Below the pieces are notes generated by a model. It did no database searches. It saw only the letters and a program-made list of their open reading frames with translations, and was not told the DNA's origin. A stretch of 64,000 nt of DNA from Podarcis melisellensis (lineage: Eukaryota). The stretch lies in NCBI GenBank assembly GCA_964234715.1, contig OZ174282.1; one strand, 5' to 3'. The translations under genes were made by a program, and so were the position numbers. Shown one piece after another: positions 27,501 to 38,861 of this stretch (its first letter is position 1; each line of letters starts with the position of its first letter).

Positions 27501-30500
27501 GTACTGACTACCTTGCTTCTTCAAGACCCCTCGGGTGAGCTGACAGATCTCCAATACCAATAGTCCTGGGAGACAACAATCATGTTACAGTCATCTTGTA
27601 AGATGTGGCAAAAGTCCTTTATGATATTGAAGAAATCTTTCCCCTGTTGGGGTTGCATGCATAGTGAGTCATCTGATAGAGCTTTTTCAGGTGACAAATG
27701 GACCTTTCTTCTCCTTGTTCATCTTACTGACATGCAGTCATCAGTAGTCTTCTGTGGTATTTTTGTTGGGCATTTGGAGGGGTGTACAAAACCTTATCAT
27801 TATTTATTTGGGTATTTCAGTCTCACTGAGAAGTGACATTACATGTTCAGGAAACTTGTTTGAAAAAATAACTTCTCCATAGGTAAGGTTTTCCACATGG
27901 CTAATCCTCACGTTTGTTCACACCTAGCATAGTTGTGCATTTTTCTGTATTCTAAGTACTGATGCTTACCACCATTTCCCATTAAAATGTCTTATTGTGG
28001 CTTAGGTGGTTTTCCTTAAAAGAGACAATGAATACAACAACTAACTGCTATTACTGGGCATTAAGAGGTTTTGGCTGGAACTAATAAGTTGGATCTCAAT
28101 TGTATGAGAATTCTGAAAACAGTTGTAAAACAAACTGCCTTCCAGACATCATTGGATTAAATTATAAAGGATATTTGTCTCAGTTGTGGACCGCTAAGGT
28201 TGGGAACATTTATTTCTCCCCAGCTTATTTATTCTTCTTCCTCTGGGGCAAGGTATAGAGTACATGGGTTTGTATATTCAGCATCATTTCCTCTTGAAAC
28301 CACTTGGTGGTGGATGGCCTTGGCTCATGCTCATATTCTGATAGGCCTGCAGGAGCAGGAAAGGAATTCTGTGGCAGTTGGCAGTCAATGAGAACCCCAA
28401 CTTGCATGCTCTTGGCAGCTTGGATTTGCATCTTGGTGACAAAATCAAAAGGGCACCCTTGGTTGATCTTACTGGTGAAACAAAGGGGAGAAGGGATGAG
28501 GGGCCCAAGCTCCTTGAACTCCACCCCCCATGCATTTCTCTTCTCCATGCAGTACACAGGTTAGCTCTCATTACCAAAGGGTGTACAGAGACATGACTCC
28601 CTTCTACAAGTATCTGCTGGCTCAGGACCTACGAGCATTGGTTTATAATGGAGACGTGGACATGGCCTGCAACTTCTTGGGGGCTGAAAAGTTTGTTGAG
28701 TCTTTAAATCAGACTGTAAGTAACTCCTTTGAACTTTGCATATCTTAAGTGCTGTATTGAAAACCTATTGCTCCTTAATTTATGTGGGAAGACACAGCTG
28801 ATCCTGCCTTTTAGACCCAGGTTTCCAACACCAACAGATGTGCAGTTGTTGTTGAAGACATAACCAAGTTGTCATTTAGAAAAAAAAAGTTAGAATGGAT
28901 GGGCAGAGATGAAGAGAAAGTTAGCAAAACATGATCTGGAGTAAGTCTACTAAGAGCCAGTTTTGGAGCATCCGTGATAGACTAGTATGTACACTAAAAT
29001 TGGGTCTGCTGTCCGTTTCCAGTTTGTGACCTTCTTTTTCATTAATTCCACAGGTGCTAAATGATTACCAGCCCTGGTATTTCAATGATCAGATTGCAGG
29101 ATTTTTCAAGGAGTATGAGAAGATCACATTTCTCACCGTAAAGGTCAGTGATTTAATTGGAGCCAGTGGGCATTATACTTTTCATTATTTAAAAGATTTA
29201 TGCTCTGCTTCTCCCCTGTACAACAGTGTTACTCAAAGCAGATTTCAAGTAAAAATCAGCAACATGCTAATAATTAAAAGACAAAATAACTAGTTTATAA
29301 ACAGCAGGATAACACAAAAACAGGAAGAGCAACACTAACAGCCAATACTTTAAAGCAGGAGCAGAGCCAAAAGCTTGTTTAGAAAGCTCAGTTATTTTAT
29401 GATTCTCAAGATAGAGGTTTGTGATGGGCCCAGTGACTGCTTTACAGATTTCATCCCAACACAGCCACAGAAAAAGGTCGACCCCTCTTCCAACAGTAAA
29501 TAAAGCCAATATATAAAACATTGGGTTATAAAAGATAGCTACTTCTACTCTTCCAGCTTTTCCTTCAGGTTCTAGGAGGAGGAAGCACCTTTTATTTCTT
29601 TGCCAAAATGGGTCCTAGCAGGCAAAAGTGCTGATCTGGGTAACAGTTTTACATTGGGAATCTTCTGCCCTTAAAAATGAGGCTTTTTGCTCCCAGGATA
29701 AACCTTTAAGGAAAAGCCTGGGGAAAACTGCTGCAATGACTACCAATCAGGGACAGAGCAAATAAAATGTTGCCCCAATACATGGTGTGGAGGGTTGGCA
29801 CTCATGGCTTGATTGAGTTTACACTACTTCTAGCCTGGGAAATGCTATTGCTTGCTAGATCACCTCCCCATCAAGCGACAACTATGATTTCAGTACACTG
29901 TTAAACAGGATGTGCCACCTGTTCCATGCGCCCTACAGAATCCAGTCCCTCACCTATGACATATGTGTTTGTGTGTGTGTGCAGTGTCCCATAAAAAATG
30001 CTGGACAGTTAAGAGCATAAGCAGCCAACAGAAAACACGTTGGGGGCAATGGCTTCTCTAGCTGGAGAGACCCATTATTAAAAGGGCTTAGGTGTAATCC
30101 TGGGCCCTGTAACAAAGGCCTGGTTCTCAAGTAACATTAAGCTATGGTTTGTTTAGCGTAACTGTGGTTTGTCTGAACATGTGAAAACATATCAGCAAAC
30201 TAGCCTGTTTATTTTCTATCAGCAAATGACAATGTGAAGCCATGGCTTGGTATTGGCTTAAAAATCATGGCTTATTCTAACTACGGTTTAACATTACTTA
30301 TGAACCTAACAACCCTGCTTAACTATGGTTGTTTTCCCTACCTGTTACCCCAGATGCTCCTCAAGCTTGAGAAGGCATGACACAAGAGTAGCTAGAAAAC
30401 AAAATAAGATCTAAGCAGGTGTGGGGAACCTTTGGCTTGCCAGCTGTTGCTGAACCATCAGTCCCAGCAAACATGGCTAATGATGATGGGAGTTGTAGTT

Positions 30501-30886
30501 CAGCAACAAATGGAGGGCCACAGTTTCCCACACCTGCTCTAAATAAAAATACATGGCTTGTTTGTTAAATAACATTAACCCCAGTTTATGTGAAAACACA
30601 GCCAATGTGATTAATTGCACGCACATTATCAAGACAGCACTGGTGAAAAGTTGCTTTCTCTCCTTCACACAGATGTTGCCTCTTCTTGCTCTGTTCAATA
30701 TAAGCTTCCAGTATCCTTCACAATGTTTTGGGCAGGGGGGAATTATTTCAGATGTACTTTATCAGCTCTTTTCTAAAGCATCTTCCCTCTCATATATAGG
30801 GTGCTGGTCACATGGTTCCACAGTATAAGCCTGGACAAGCTCAGAAGATGTTTGAATGCTTCCTCTCCAAAGCCAGCTACATCTGA
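20871..30886 (+). CDS. Cathepsin A-like / lysosomal protective protein-like serine carboxypeptidase (peptidase S10), 11 coding exons, 1371 nt / 456 aa; a paralog rather than canonical CTSA
   Basis: Exons 20871-21043, 22496-22607, 23142-23273, 24315-24473, 24934-25025, 25641-25725, 26535-26684, 26985-27112, 28553-28715, 29054-29143, 30800-30886 join in frame with no stops. Signal-peptide-like N-terminus, [10 protein letters not shown] and [10 protein letters not shown] are present. Catalytic Ser in GESYGG (24402), Asp in NGDVDMAC (28659), His in GAGHMVP (30809). Confidence 0.93.
21559..21594. repeat. (GATT)9 microsatellite
   Basis: Direct reading of the sequence. Confidence 0.95.
23450..23800 (-). 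mobile_element. L2-like LINE 3' fragment containing an internal 82-bp tandem duplication
   Basis: Tail CCACCCAACTGACTGGGTTGCCCCAGTCACTCTGGGCAGC is the reverse counterpart of the 40925-40980 tail. Duplicated units at 23635-23716 and 23717-23798. Confidence 0.6.
30416..30536. mobile_element. hAT-Charlie-like palindromic MITE (ACTACAACTCCCA family)
   Basis: CAGGTGTGGGGAAC...GTTTCCCACACCTG termini, TCTAA-type flanks, core GATGATGGGAGTTGTAGTTC. Confidence 0.7.
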
Positions 30887-31015
30887 TCTAATGCCTTTTA
30901 AAATAGTAAATGTCACTGAAAAGTTCCACATAGTACACAATACTTTGTAACATAGTAACATAATTGAAGCTATGTACATGCTTATCTTCTTATGATTGAA
31001 TAGTTGCAAAAGCTT

Positions 31016-31021
31016 ATTAAA
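31016..31021 (+). terminator. Candidate polyadenylation signal (ATTAAA) of the CTSA-like gene
   Basis: 130 nt after the stop codon and followed by GT-rich sequence. Confidence 0.4.
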
Positions 31022-31899
31022 TCATGTAATCTCTTGGGTGTGTGGTCATTCTTGGCAGGGCAGGGAGAACAGATACTTCTATGGCACTTTTGTGGGGGCA
31101 TCACACAGAAATGCCCCCCTGTGGTAGAGAACCTATAACATGACCTGTTTCTAGGGCTGCCATACACCATGCTTTTGTATTTAAAAAAAAAAGCTCAACA
31201 ACTTTTGGGGTGTCTTGGTTTTTACTTTTTGAAATATGGCAACCCTACCTGACTATATTTATTATATTTATATACTGCTTTCAGAAGAATATTGTTTTGC
31301 AAAGCAGCTTACATAAAAAAAGTAACAGGCCCTTCCCTTTGACTTACCAACTAAAAGAAAGCAAGAGAAACAGGTGAGATCAGCCTAATGTTGTGAGAAC
31401 AGAGCATAAGTTGTACAAAAGCCTCCACATCCAGCTGAGGTTATGCTCCTTTCCTCACATAAAAGTGGTGCAAGTATGCAAGTGGCTCTTCATCGTCTGG
31501 TTGGTGACATAGGGCCAGAATGGCTTGCTCTTCCATTGCCAAAGAGTGACAGGCAGTTGGAAGTGTTTTTTGATGTTGTGGGAAAGGAGCAAGGTCTCTG
31601 AGGCTGCTCCGTCACTGGGTAGGACCAGGCTAGTCATCCGATTGCCATAGGGGCAGAGGGAGGGGGCAGGGATTGTCTCAACTCTACCCAGCTTTTCATG
31701 CTATGACAGAAAATCCTCCTCCACTCCAACCTGAGGTCTACAAGGCTCACAAGCTGTACACAACTGCCCTGGCTAGTATCTATTCTTCTTCTCCACGAAT
31801 CTGCCTAACAGATTTGTTTAAGCCCTCAGAGTTGTGGGCCTCGCAACACACTTTAATTAGGCGAGGAGGAAGTAGCAGCGAGTTGGTCGGGCCTGAATC

Positions 31900-33500
31900 T
31901 TGCAACATTCAGCTTCACTGGCGGGGGTCCAACGTTACGAGGGTGGGGGGACTTCTTTGCCCACTTTCTCCACCGCACCGCCGTGGTTTTAAGCACCTCT
32001 TTCACGTCCGCTCTCAGTTGTCCTTTTTATTTTCATGAAGGAAACAGACCCCAATGTCACGTGGTTTCCCCTACCCGGGATGCTGCTTCTCCAACACTTT
32101 GGTCCCCCTCAGACCCCCGTCTACTCCGGCCCCACGGAGAAGCCCCAGGGAAACGGCGTTCCGAGAGGAACCCCTCAAGCCAGGCGCGGGAGCGGCTCCG
32201 AAGGGAGGATGCGAAGACCCGCTTAGCAGCTGCACAACCGCCTCAGGCGCACCCCCGCTCTCCGGGAAGCCCGTGCGCATGCGCTTCCTTCCAGGGTGGA
32301 GTGCTCGTCGACCTCCTAGCTGCCCCGTTACACTTCCCAAGGAATCGCGCCTGACGCCTGGCTCCTCGGCCACAGCAACCGCGCCCGACTTTTATTGGTC
32401 GTAGCTGACACGCTCCCTTCGCGGCGCCACGTTATGATTGGCCGAGCTGAGCTCAATATTGCCTTTAACCAATCCTTGTCGGTCGATAGTTCTGCAGCGC
32501 CCCCTAGCCATCTCCTCCGCTTTGCGCCGCCTTCCAGCAACCACTTCCGAACACGGATTGGGTAACCTGGCCTTCGTCCCTACGCAGACGCAAAGGGGGA
32601 AAAATAATATCGCGCTGCGCCTCGAGGTGGGGATTGGACGAAAGCAGGGAGGCGGGCTCGAGCGCGGAGCTGGACACAGCCTGCGATTGGGCCAGAGCTT
32701 CCTCGCGCGGGCGACCTAAGCGAGATCGAGGAGCCCCCGCCCCTGGCCTTACGTCCGTCGCAGGGGAAGACGGGAAGAGAAGGGCCGCGACGTGAGCGCG
32801 CGACTCCCGGCGCCATTTTGTTTGGGAACCAGCGGAGGAGGTAGCTAGAGAAGCGCGAGCGGCTCAGCCAGGCGCCCGCCCCGGCCCCGAGACCCTCGCC
32901 CCCGGCCCGCCCCAGGTGAGAACCGCGCCATTCGCTCCAGGCGGCAAGGCCGGCGCTGGCGGAAGCCACCGGGAGGCCGAGCGGTAGTGGCGGTAGCGGT
33001 GGGCGGCCTGCGTCCCGCGTCTCTCCCCGCGTAGCCGGCGCTGAAGCGCCAAGCAAAAGAGTGGTGAGCTGGGCCTGCCCGTAGCTCGCCTGTCCCTGCA
33101 CGTGTTGTCCCCTGTGGTGGGGCGAGGAGGCCTCCCTGAGACCCCCTGCCCCTCTCTCCCTCCTTCCCCTCTTGCGCCCCGAAGGCGAGTCCGGCCGCGG
33201 AATAAATAAAAGCCGAGGGTCGCTCGCGGCAACGGCGGGCTTCTGCCTGTCCCAATTAGGCCGCCGAGAAATTGTGAGGGGCCCCGTCCGCTCCGTTGGC
33301 CTGTCCTGCCCGCCCTCCGAAGCCGGAAGTGACTTGGGCCACTACTTGTGGGAGCGAACGAGGCGGGTCGGGAAGCGTTGTTGCTTGTTCAGAGGCTTTA
33401 GTTAATCCATGTCGAGGCGCCCGCCAGGCCCAGGTGTGCGCCGCCCTCGGGCTTCCTCAGCCGCTCCCGAATCGTCTTGTAGGATACCCGTCAGAGGCTG
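31900..33500 (+). promoter_or_regulatory. CNOT1 CpG-island promoter with non-coding exon 1 (donor CAG|GTGAG after 32915)
   Basis: Dense CpG. NRF1 site TGCGCATGCGC (32274-32284), six CCAAT/ATTGG boxes (32394, 32437, 32469, 32557, 32633, 32686), YY1 site CGCCATTTTG (32811-32820) and ETS site CCGGAAGT (33323). Confidence 0.85.
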
Positions 33501-34358
33501 CTACAATACAGGCGGAGAAAGAGCTTAATTCCCGTTTTTGTTCTTTTTTCCTCCTATCTCTGATCCACGACGGACTTGAATCTGCTTATAGGTTCTATAT
33601 CTGTTTCAAACGTCCTATAAACATCTTTACTTTACCGGGGATATGAGGGGAGGTAGTGGGATCTTATTTCTGGCAAAAGTCTGTGGTCTAGTGCCAGTTT
33701 GGCCGGGCTTCTTTTGGCAGGTGAGACAGGCACTGGAATAATGCTTTCTGGTAACTTGAAGAATGATTTATTTGCTTGTCTTCATATTACAGAACTGAAA
33801 CCATTATCTTTTCATGTGAACCGCATGGTTTCACCTATATGGGCTTGGACTTTTCTTGTGCCAAAAAAAAAGTGATCTAAAGTGTTGTTAATAAGAAAAT
33901 AACTAAGCATATGGGAGAACAAGACTTACTGAAGTAGAGCCTGCATAGCTTCTGCAAAGACAACTCTTATCTTATGAAGCTATTAAGAGTTCTTTGAGAA
34001 TGTCAATAAACATAGAGGTGATCTGCTTACAGTACTTGCATTTCAAAAAGCTTATGACAAGTTGCCCCACCAAAGATTCCCAAGTAAACTTAGCAGTTAT
34101 GGTATAAGAGGAATTGGTTAATAGGAAGCAAACAGTAGGAATAAACGGAAAGTTCTCTGAATGGAGAGCTGTAGAAAGTGGAGTTTTCCAAGGATTGATA
34201 TTGTGCCTTTTAACTTGTTCATAGAGGATCTAGAGATAGGGGTGAGCAATGAGGTGCCCAAAAGATTTTCAAGAGCTTCAAAAAATATTCTCTAAACTGA
34301 GTGAATGGACTGTAAAATGGCAAATGCAATTCAGTGTGTAGAAAGTGTGATGCAAAAA

Positions 34359-34612
34359 CAGTGGTACCTCGCAAGACAAAATTAATTCGTTCTGCTAGTT
34401 TCTTCGTCTTGCGAATTTTTCGTCTTGCGAAGCACGGATGCACCCTGGTATTAACGGTTTTAAGAAAAAGAAAACAAACTCGCAAGACGTTTTCGTCTTG
34501 CGAAGCAAGCCCATAGGGAAATTCGTCTTGCGAAGCAACTCAAAAAACGAAAAACTCTTTCGTCTTGCGATTTTTTCGTCTTATGAGGCATTCGTCTTGC
34601 GAGGTACCACTG
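34359..34612. mobile_element. Tigger/pogo-like MITE (254 bp) with internal TTCGTCTTGCGA repeats
   Basis: TIRs CAGTGGTACCTCGCAAGAC...GTCTTGCGAGGTACCACTG. Confidence 0.85.
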
Positions 34613-34945
34613 AAATAATCATCTATGCTCATGGAGTCTGAACTGGCAGTGACCGACCAGGAATGAGCCATTGGGGTCATAGTAGGTAACTCAATGAGGA
34701 TGTCTACCCCAGTGTGCAGCAGCTGTGGAAAAGGCATACTAGGGTGGAAAAATTAAAATAAAACTTTCAGTATCATAGCGCCATTATACAAATATATGGT
34801 AAGATATGATGGAAGTTTGTAAAATTATTCACAGCATGGATAAAGTGGGAAGAGAAAAGTTTTTCTCTCTGTGTCATAGCACTAGAACTCATGAACATGC
34901 AGTGAAGCTTAGTGTTGGAAGATTCAGGATTGGCAAAAGGAAGTA

Positions 34946-35171
34946 CAGTCATACCTCATGTTACGTTTCATGTTATGTTTTTTCATGTTGCGTCCTGCGG
35001 CAAACCGGAAGTACCGGAAAGGGTTACTTCTGGGTTTCGCTGCTTGCGCATGTGCACAAGTGCCAAATCACACCGTGCACCTGCGCAGATACGGCACTTT
35101 CAGGTTGCACTCTTTTCATGTTGCGAACAGGCCTCTGGAACAGATCCCGTTCACAACCAGAGGTACCACTG
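34946..35171. mobile_element. Tigger/pogo-like MITE (226 bp)
   Basis: TA-CAGTCATACCTC...GAGGTACCACTG-TA. Confidence 0.8.
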
Positions 35172-37038
35172 TAATTCTTCACACAGTGCATAGTTAAACT
35201 GAAACCTGCTCCTACAGGAGACTAATGGCAACTCATTTGAATGGCTTTCAGTGGCTACTGGCCATGATAGCTGTGGTTTGGCTCAAGTTAGAGGCAATAA
35301 TGGATCCAACAACTTAGGCCTAATTTTTGTGTAAAGGAGTGGATTTAGCAGACCGATGAATTAGGAAGTTGCTGGTTCAAATCTCACTTTACCATGAATT
35401 AGCTAGACCATCTTGAGGAACAGCTCTTTCAGCTTTAGGATCCCAATCAAATTCAACAAAAGTATTGGCTTCCTTTGCAGCACAATTGTAGTTAGCTCTA
35501 CCTTGTAATCCTTGGTAGGTGGCAAACTTTAGTGCTAAGTTATGTGATTTTCGAGTTGTACTCAGGATGTTCCATATTTAAATCATACAGGTTAAAGCAT
35601 TTAACATCCGTCAACATTGTACGTAGTTCCATTTGTTCAACGTACACAACAGGTACTACTAACCTTTACCCTTGATACTGCGTGAGGCAATAAACTAATA
35701 TGGGTGGGGCAGAAGCTGCTGCATGCTCATTTAGACATTTCGATCAGTTTAACATGGGTACTCATGTTTTGTTTCCCACTTGTGTGCAATTCTCATCTTG
35801 CTCTCATTTTTCAAGAAGCTCTTCCTTTCACCCTTCCTCCCACTCCCCCTTTTGAAACATTTAAATTTGTTTTATCTTACACATTCATCCTGATTTTTTA
35901 TTTTAATATGCTGTTAGTTTTTGAGAATACTAAGCTACTCAATTCTGCCTTTTAGATAATTAGATTTATATATTTATTTAAGGTGGCTTTGTGCCCCTGT
36001 GTGTCACAATGTAGTTTGAGTGGTAGTCCTACCAGTTGGTTAGTATCTGTGCAGAGTGGCTAATGCTTAAGTTGCTGAAAGCAGTTTTGTTGTAATCTAA
36101 ATTGTAGTGTAGCTAGCCGATTCCTTTGTCTTAAACCTTGTTGCTTAAATGCTAAAATTTCCCTAGTTGAATTTGGGCTAACCTTGATAGACTTTGACTA
36201 CCCACTATGTATTTCACCAATATTGGCTACCCTCATGAAAATAAAATTAAAAAATCCCTTCCAGTAGCACCTTAGAGACCAACTAAGTTAGTTACTGGTA
36301 TGAGTTTTTGTGTGCATGCACACTTCTTCAGAAAATAGTTTATTTCATGAAAATAATTTATTTGGCAAGTGGAAAGGTTTCTGTTCAGTTCTCATCTTCC
36401 TTGATCTCTCTGCCACCCCTTGATACAGCTGATCACAATTAAGTTGTGATTCCCTTTAAGCCCTAGGTCCTTGATTCTGTCCTCAGTTGATTCTCTTCCT
36501 AACTGGCTAATCATTATTTATTTAGAAAAGTATATATATGTTGCTCTCAGAAAACATTGGGGTTTTATACATCAACATTATAGCAATCCTTTAAAAGCAG
36601 TACAGAACAATCATTAAAATGACTGGCTGCTCAAGAAAATGCTAAGCAATTGCATAGGCATTAAAAAGTCTTTAAGAGATGCTTGACAGTCAAAAGCAAG
36701 GGTGCCTGCCAAATCACTGCTGCAAAAGTGTTCCACAGCATGGGACACCAGTGACACCAAATGACTGACTTCTAGTTGAGGCCAATCAGACTTCTAACAT
36801 ACAAGAGGAATGTCTTCCTCTGCTTTCTCAGTTTGTAGGGATCCCTTAGGGTTCTGTTTTTGGCCCTCTGCTATTTCTCTTGGTACATTCTTTTTGGGTA
36901 ACCTCATCACATACTGTGGCTTTGCTACCACTTGTATGCTAATGCTGTACAGCTGTACCCCCAAAAAAATATTTATTTCCCTCCAATCCCACATCACTTC
37001 TCTGATATTTCCACTGGGATGTGTCATTGTTGCCAGTA

Positions 37039-37264
37039 CAGTGGACCCTCAGGTTACGTTACCTTTGGGTAACGTAACTTTCGGGTTGCAAATGCAGCAA
37101 ACCCGCAAGTGTATACTTCCAGGTTTCACCGGATGTGCAGAAGTGTTTTGTCACGCCGCGCGTGTGCGCAGAAACTTTGTGTGTGCGCAGAAACTAGATA
37201 CAGACTTTTCGGTGTACGTATGAACCCCTGGAATAAATTAAGTTCATATCTGGAGGGACCACTG
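37039..37264. mobile_element. Tigger/pogo-like MITE (226 bp)
   Basis: TA-CAGTGGACCCTC...GAGGGACCACTG-TA. Confidence 0.85.
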
Positions 37265-38218
37265 TACATCCACAGCCAAACGTCTCATCTTTCCTCCCGT
37301 CTACCAATCTCATTTACACTTCCTCTATTGCCCACTTCATCAGGATGAAATCTTTGTTTCTCTGACTCTTTTTTTTTTTTTTTTTTTTGCTTTTGTCCCA
37401 TATTCAGTCCATCCACAAATCAATGCCACTTCTCTCCATATATTACAGAATGATCATCTTTCTTCAGCAGAATTTCAGGCCTTGCAATCTTTTCCGCATT
37501 GGTCTTGGAAGTGGCCTGGAAAAATAGAAAGCAAAACTGGTGAAGATTTCAAGATTGCCTTGTAAACATGAAGCAATTTTATCATTTCATAAGTTTGGAA
37601 TCTATATTGGCAGGACAATAACCTATTAAGAAATCTACAATCCTAATGATAAGCTTCCGTCAAGAGAGGCAAATGCTAATGAACAGATCATTTAAAATTA
37701 TTTTTAAAAATTGTATATTTGCTTAAAACAATAATTCAGAGTTGGTACCTGGGTACACATCTTATACATGACACTTCATGCTGTTGAAAGTGTAAATAAA
37801 CTCCTGTGTTCTCATTAACAAGTGAAGACTATTCATAATTCTATAGATCTGAATAAAATAGTCTTTTGCTCCGATTGGACTCATTGACTGTATTTGGACA
37901 ATACACTAAACAGGGATTTTAGTGTTATTTGGCTTGGCAACTACTTCCCTCTTCCAGTGCAACCTAGAGGAGGAAAGCACTTGTTTTTTATTCCACCTTG
38001 GAGTGGCTTGTTATGCCCAAACCAGGGCCAAATGTGGTTAGTTTTAACTCTGGTTGGTTTGTCTGAATAGGGCAACTTCAGACTGTGGCTTATGATGCTG
38101 GCTTTGAATAAACCACAAGCCTACCAGTAGCCCCAGATTGACTTTCAATACAATTTTCTCCCATGCCACGCTCACCTATGACTTCAGGTGTGGGGCAGGT
38201 ACTGCTGTGGCTCTAGAG

Positions 38219-38356
38219 CAGACTTTCTCAACCTGTGCGTCCCCAAATGTTGTTGACCTACAACTCCCATCACTCCTAGCTAGCAAGGCCAGAGCTCAGG
38301 GATGATGGGAGTTGTAGTCCAACAACATCTGGAGACCCACAGGTTGAGAACCGCTG
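38219..38356. mobile_element. hAT-Charlie-like palindromic MITE
   Basis: TIRs CAGACTTTCTCAACC...GGTTGAGAACCGCTG with a perfect 8-bp TSD CTCTAGAG (38211-38218 and 38357-38364). Long internal inverted repeat CTACAACTCCCATCA/TGATGGGAGTTGTAG. Confidence 0.9.
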
Positions 38357-38861
38357 CTCTAGAGAAACAATTGGGAGCATTACCATGATCTGCCACTTGT
38401 TCCTTTTAGCTCCCAAATGCAGACGATCCTTGACTCGCTTTCATTGCTGAATTGAAATTCAATGTCAAATACAAGCCCTCCTTTTGGAAGGGTAAGTGGC
38501 AGAATATTCTTCTGCGGAATAAACTTCCTCTGCAGTCCCAATTTTAATTAAATTTGGGGCTGGAAAGTATCCAGAGTGTACTATGAGTGCTCTTTGATTC
38601 TTCATTTGAAGGTGGTTCACAGATGGTGTGGCAGTTTTGGATTCAGCCCTCGGGGCCGGATCTAGTTCCTGACCCCTGAAATAAACTATAGTTCAAACTG
38701 CCTTTAACAGCCTTATCAAATCTGCAACCTTTTGCTTGCAAAGCAAGTGCTTTCCCATAAAACTCTGGCCTGTACCATCATTACATTTACGATTGTTTAG
38801 TTATACATGACCAGTCACTAGCAAATAGATTATGTATAATCATTGCTGTTTTGTCCTGCAG

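Larger units (their letters stand above)
33960..35280 (+). mobile_element. Degraded CR1 LINE (RT-region remnants) interrupted by two MITEs
   Basis: Remnant reading resembles FQKAYDKLPHQRFPSKLSSYGIRG, typical of CR1 reverse transcriptase, and further CR1-like 3' sequence follows. Many frameshifts. Confidence 0.7.

Noticed and set aside
20871-30886. Calling the peptidase CTSA itself, or a pseudogene
   Set aside because: The synteny and intron set differ from CTSA. The frame, splice sites and catalytic triad are intact, so it is not a pseudogene on sequence evidence.
34370-34600. Repeated TTCGTCTTGCGA units resembling a CRISPR array
   Set aside because: The units are short, irregularly spaced, in both orientations and enclosed by MITE TIRs, in a eukaryotic context.
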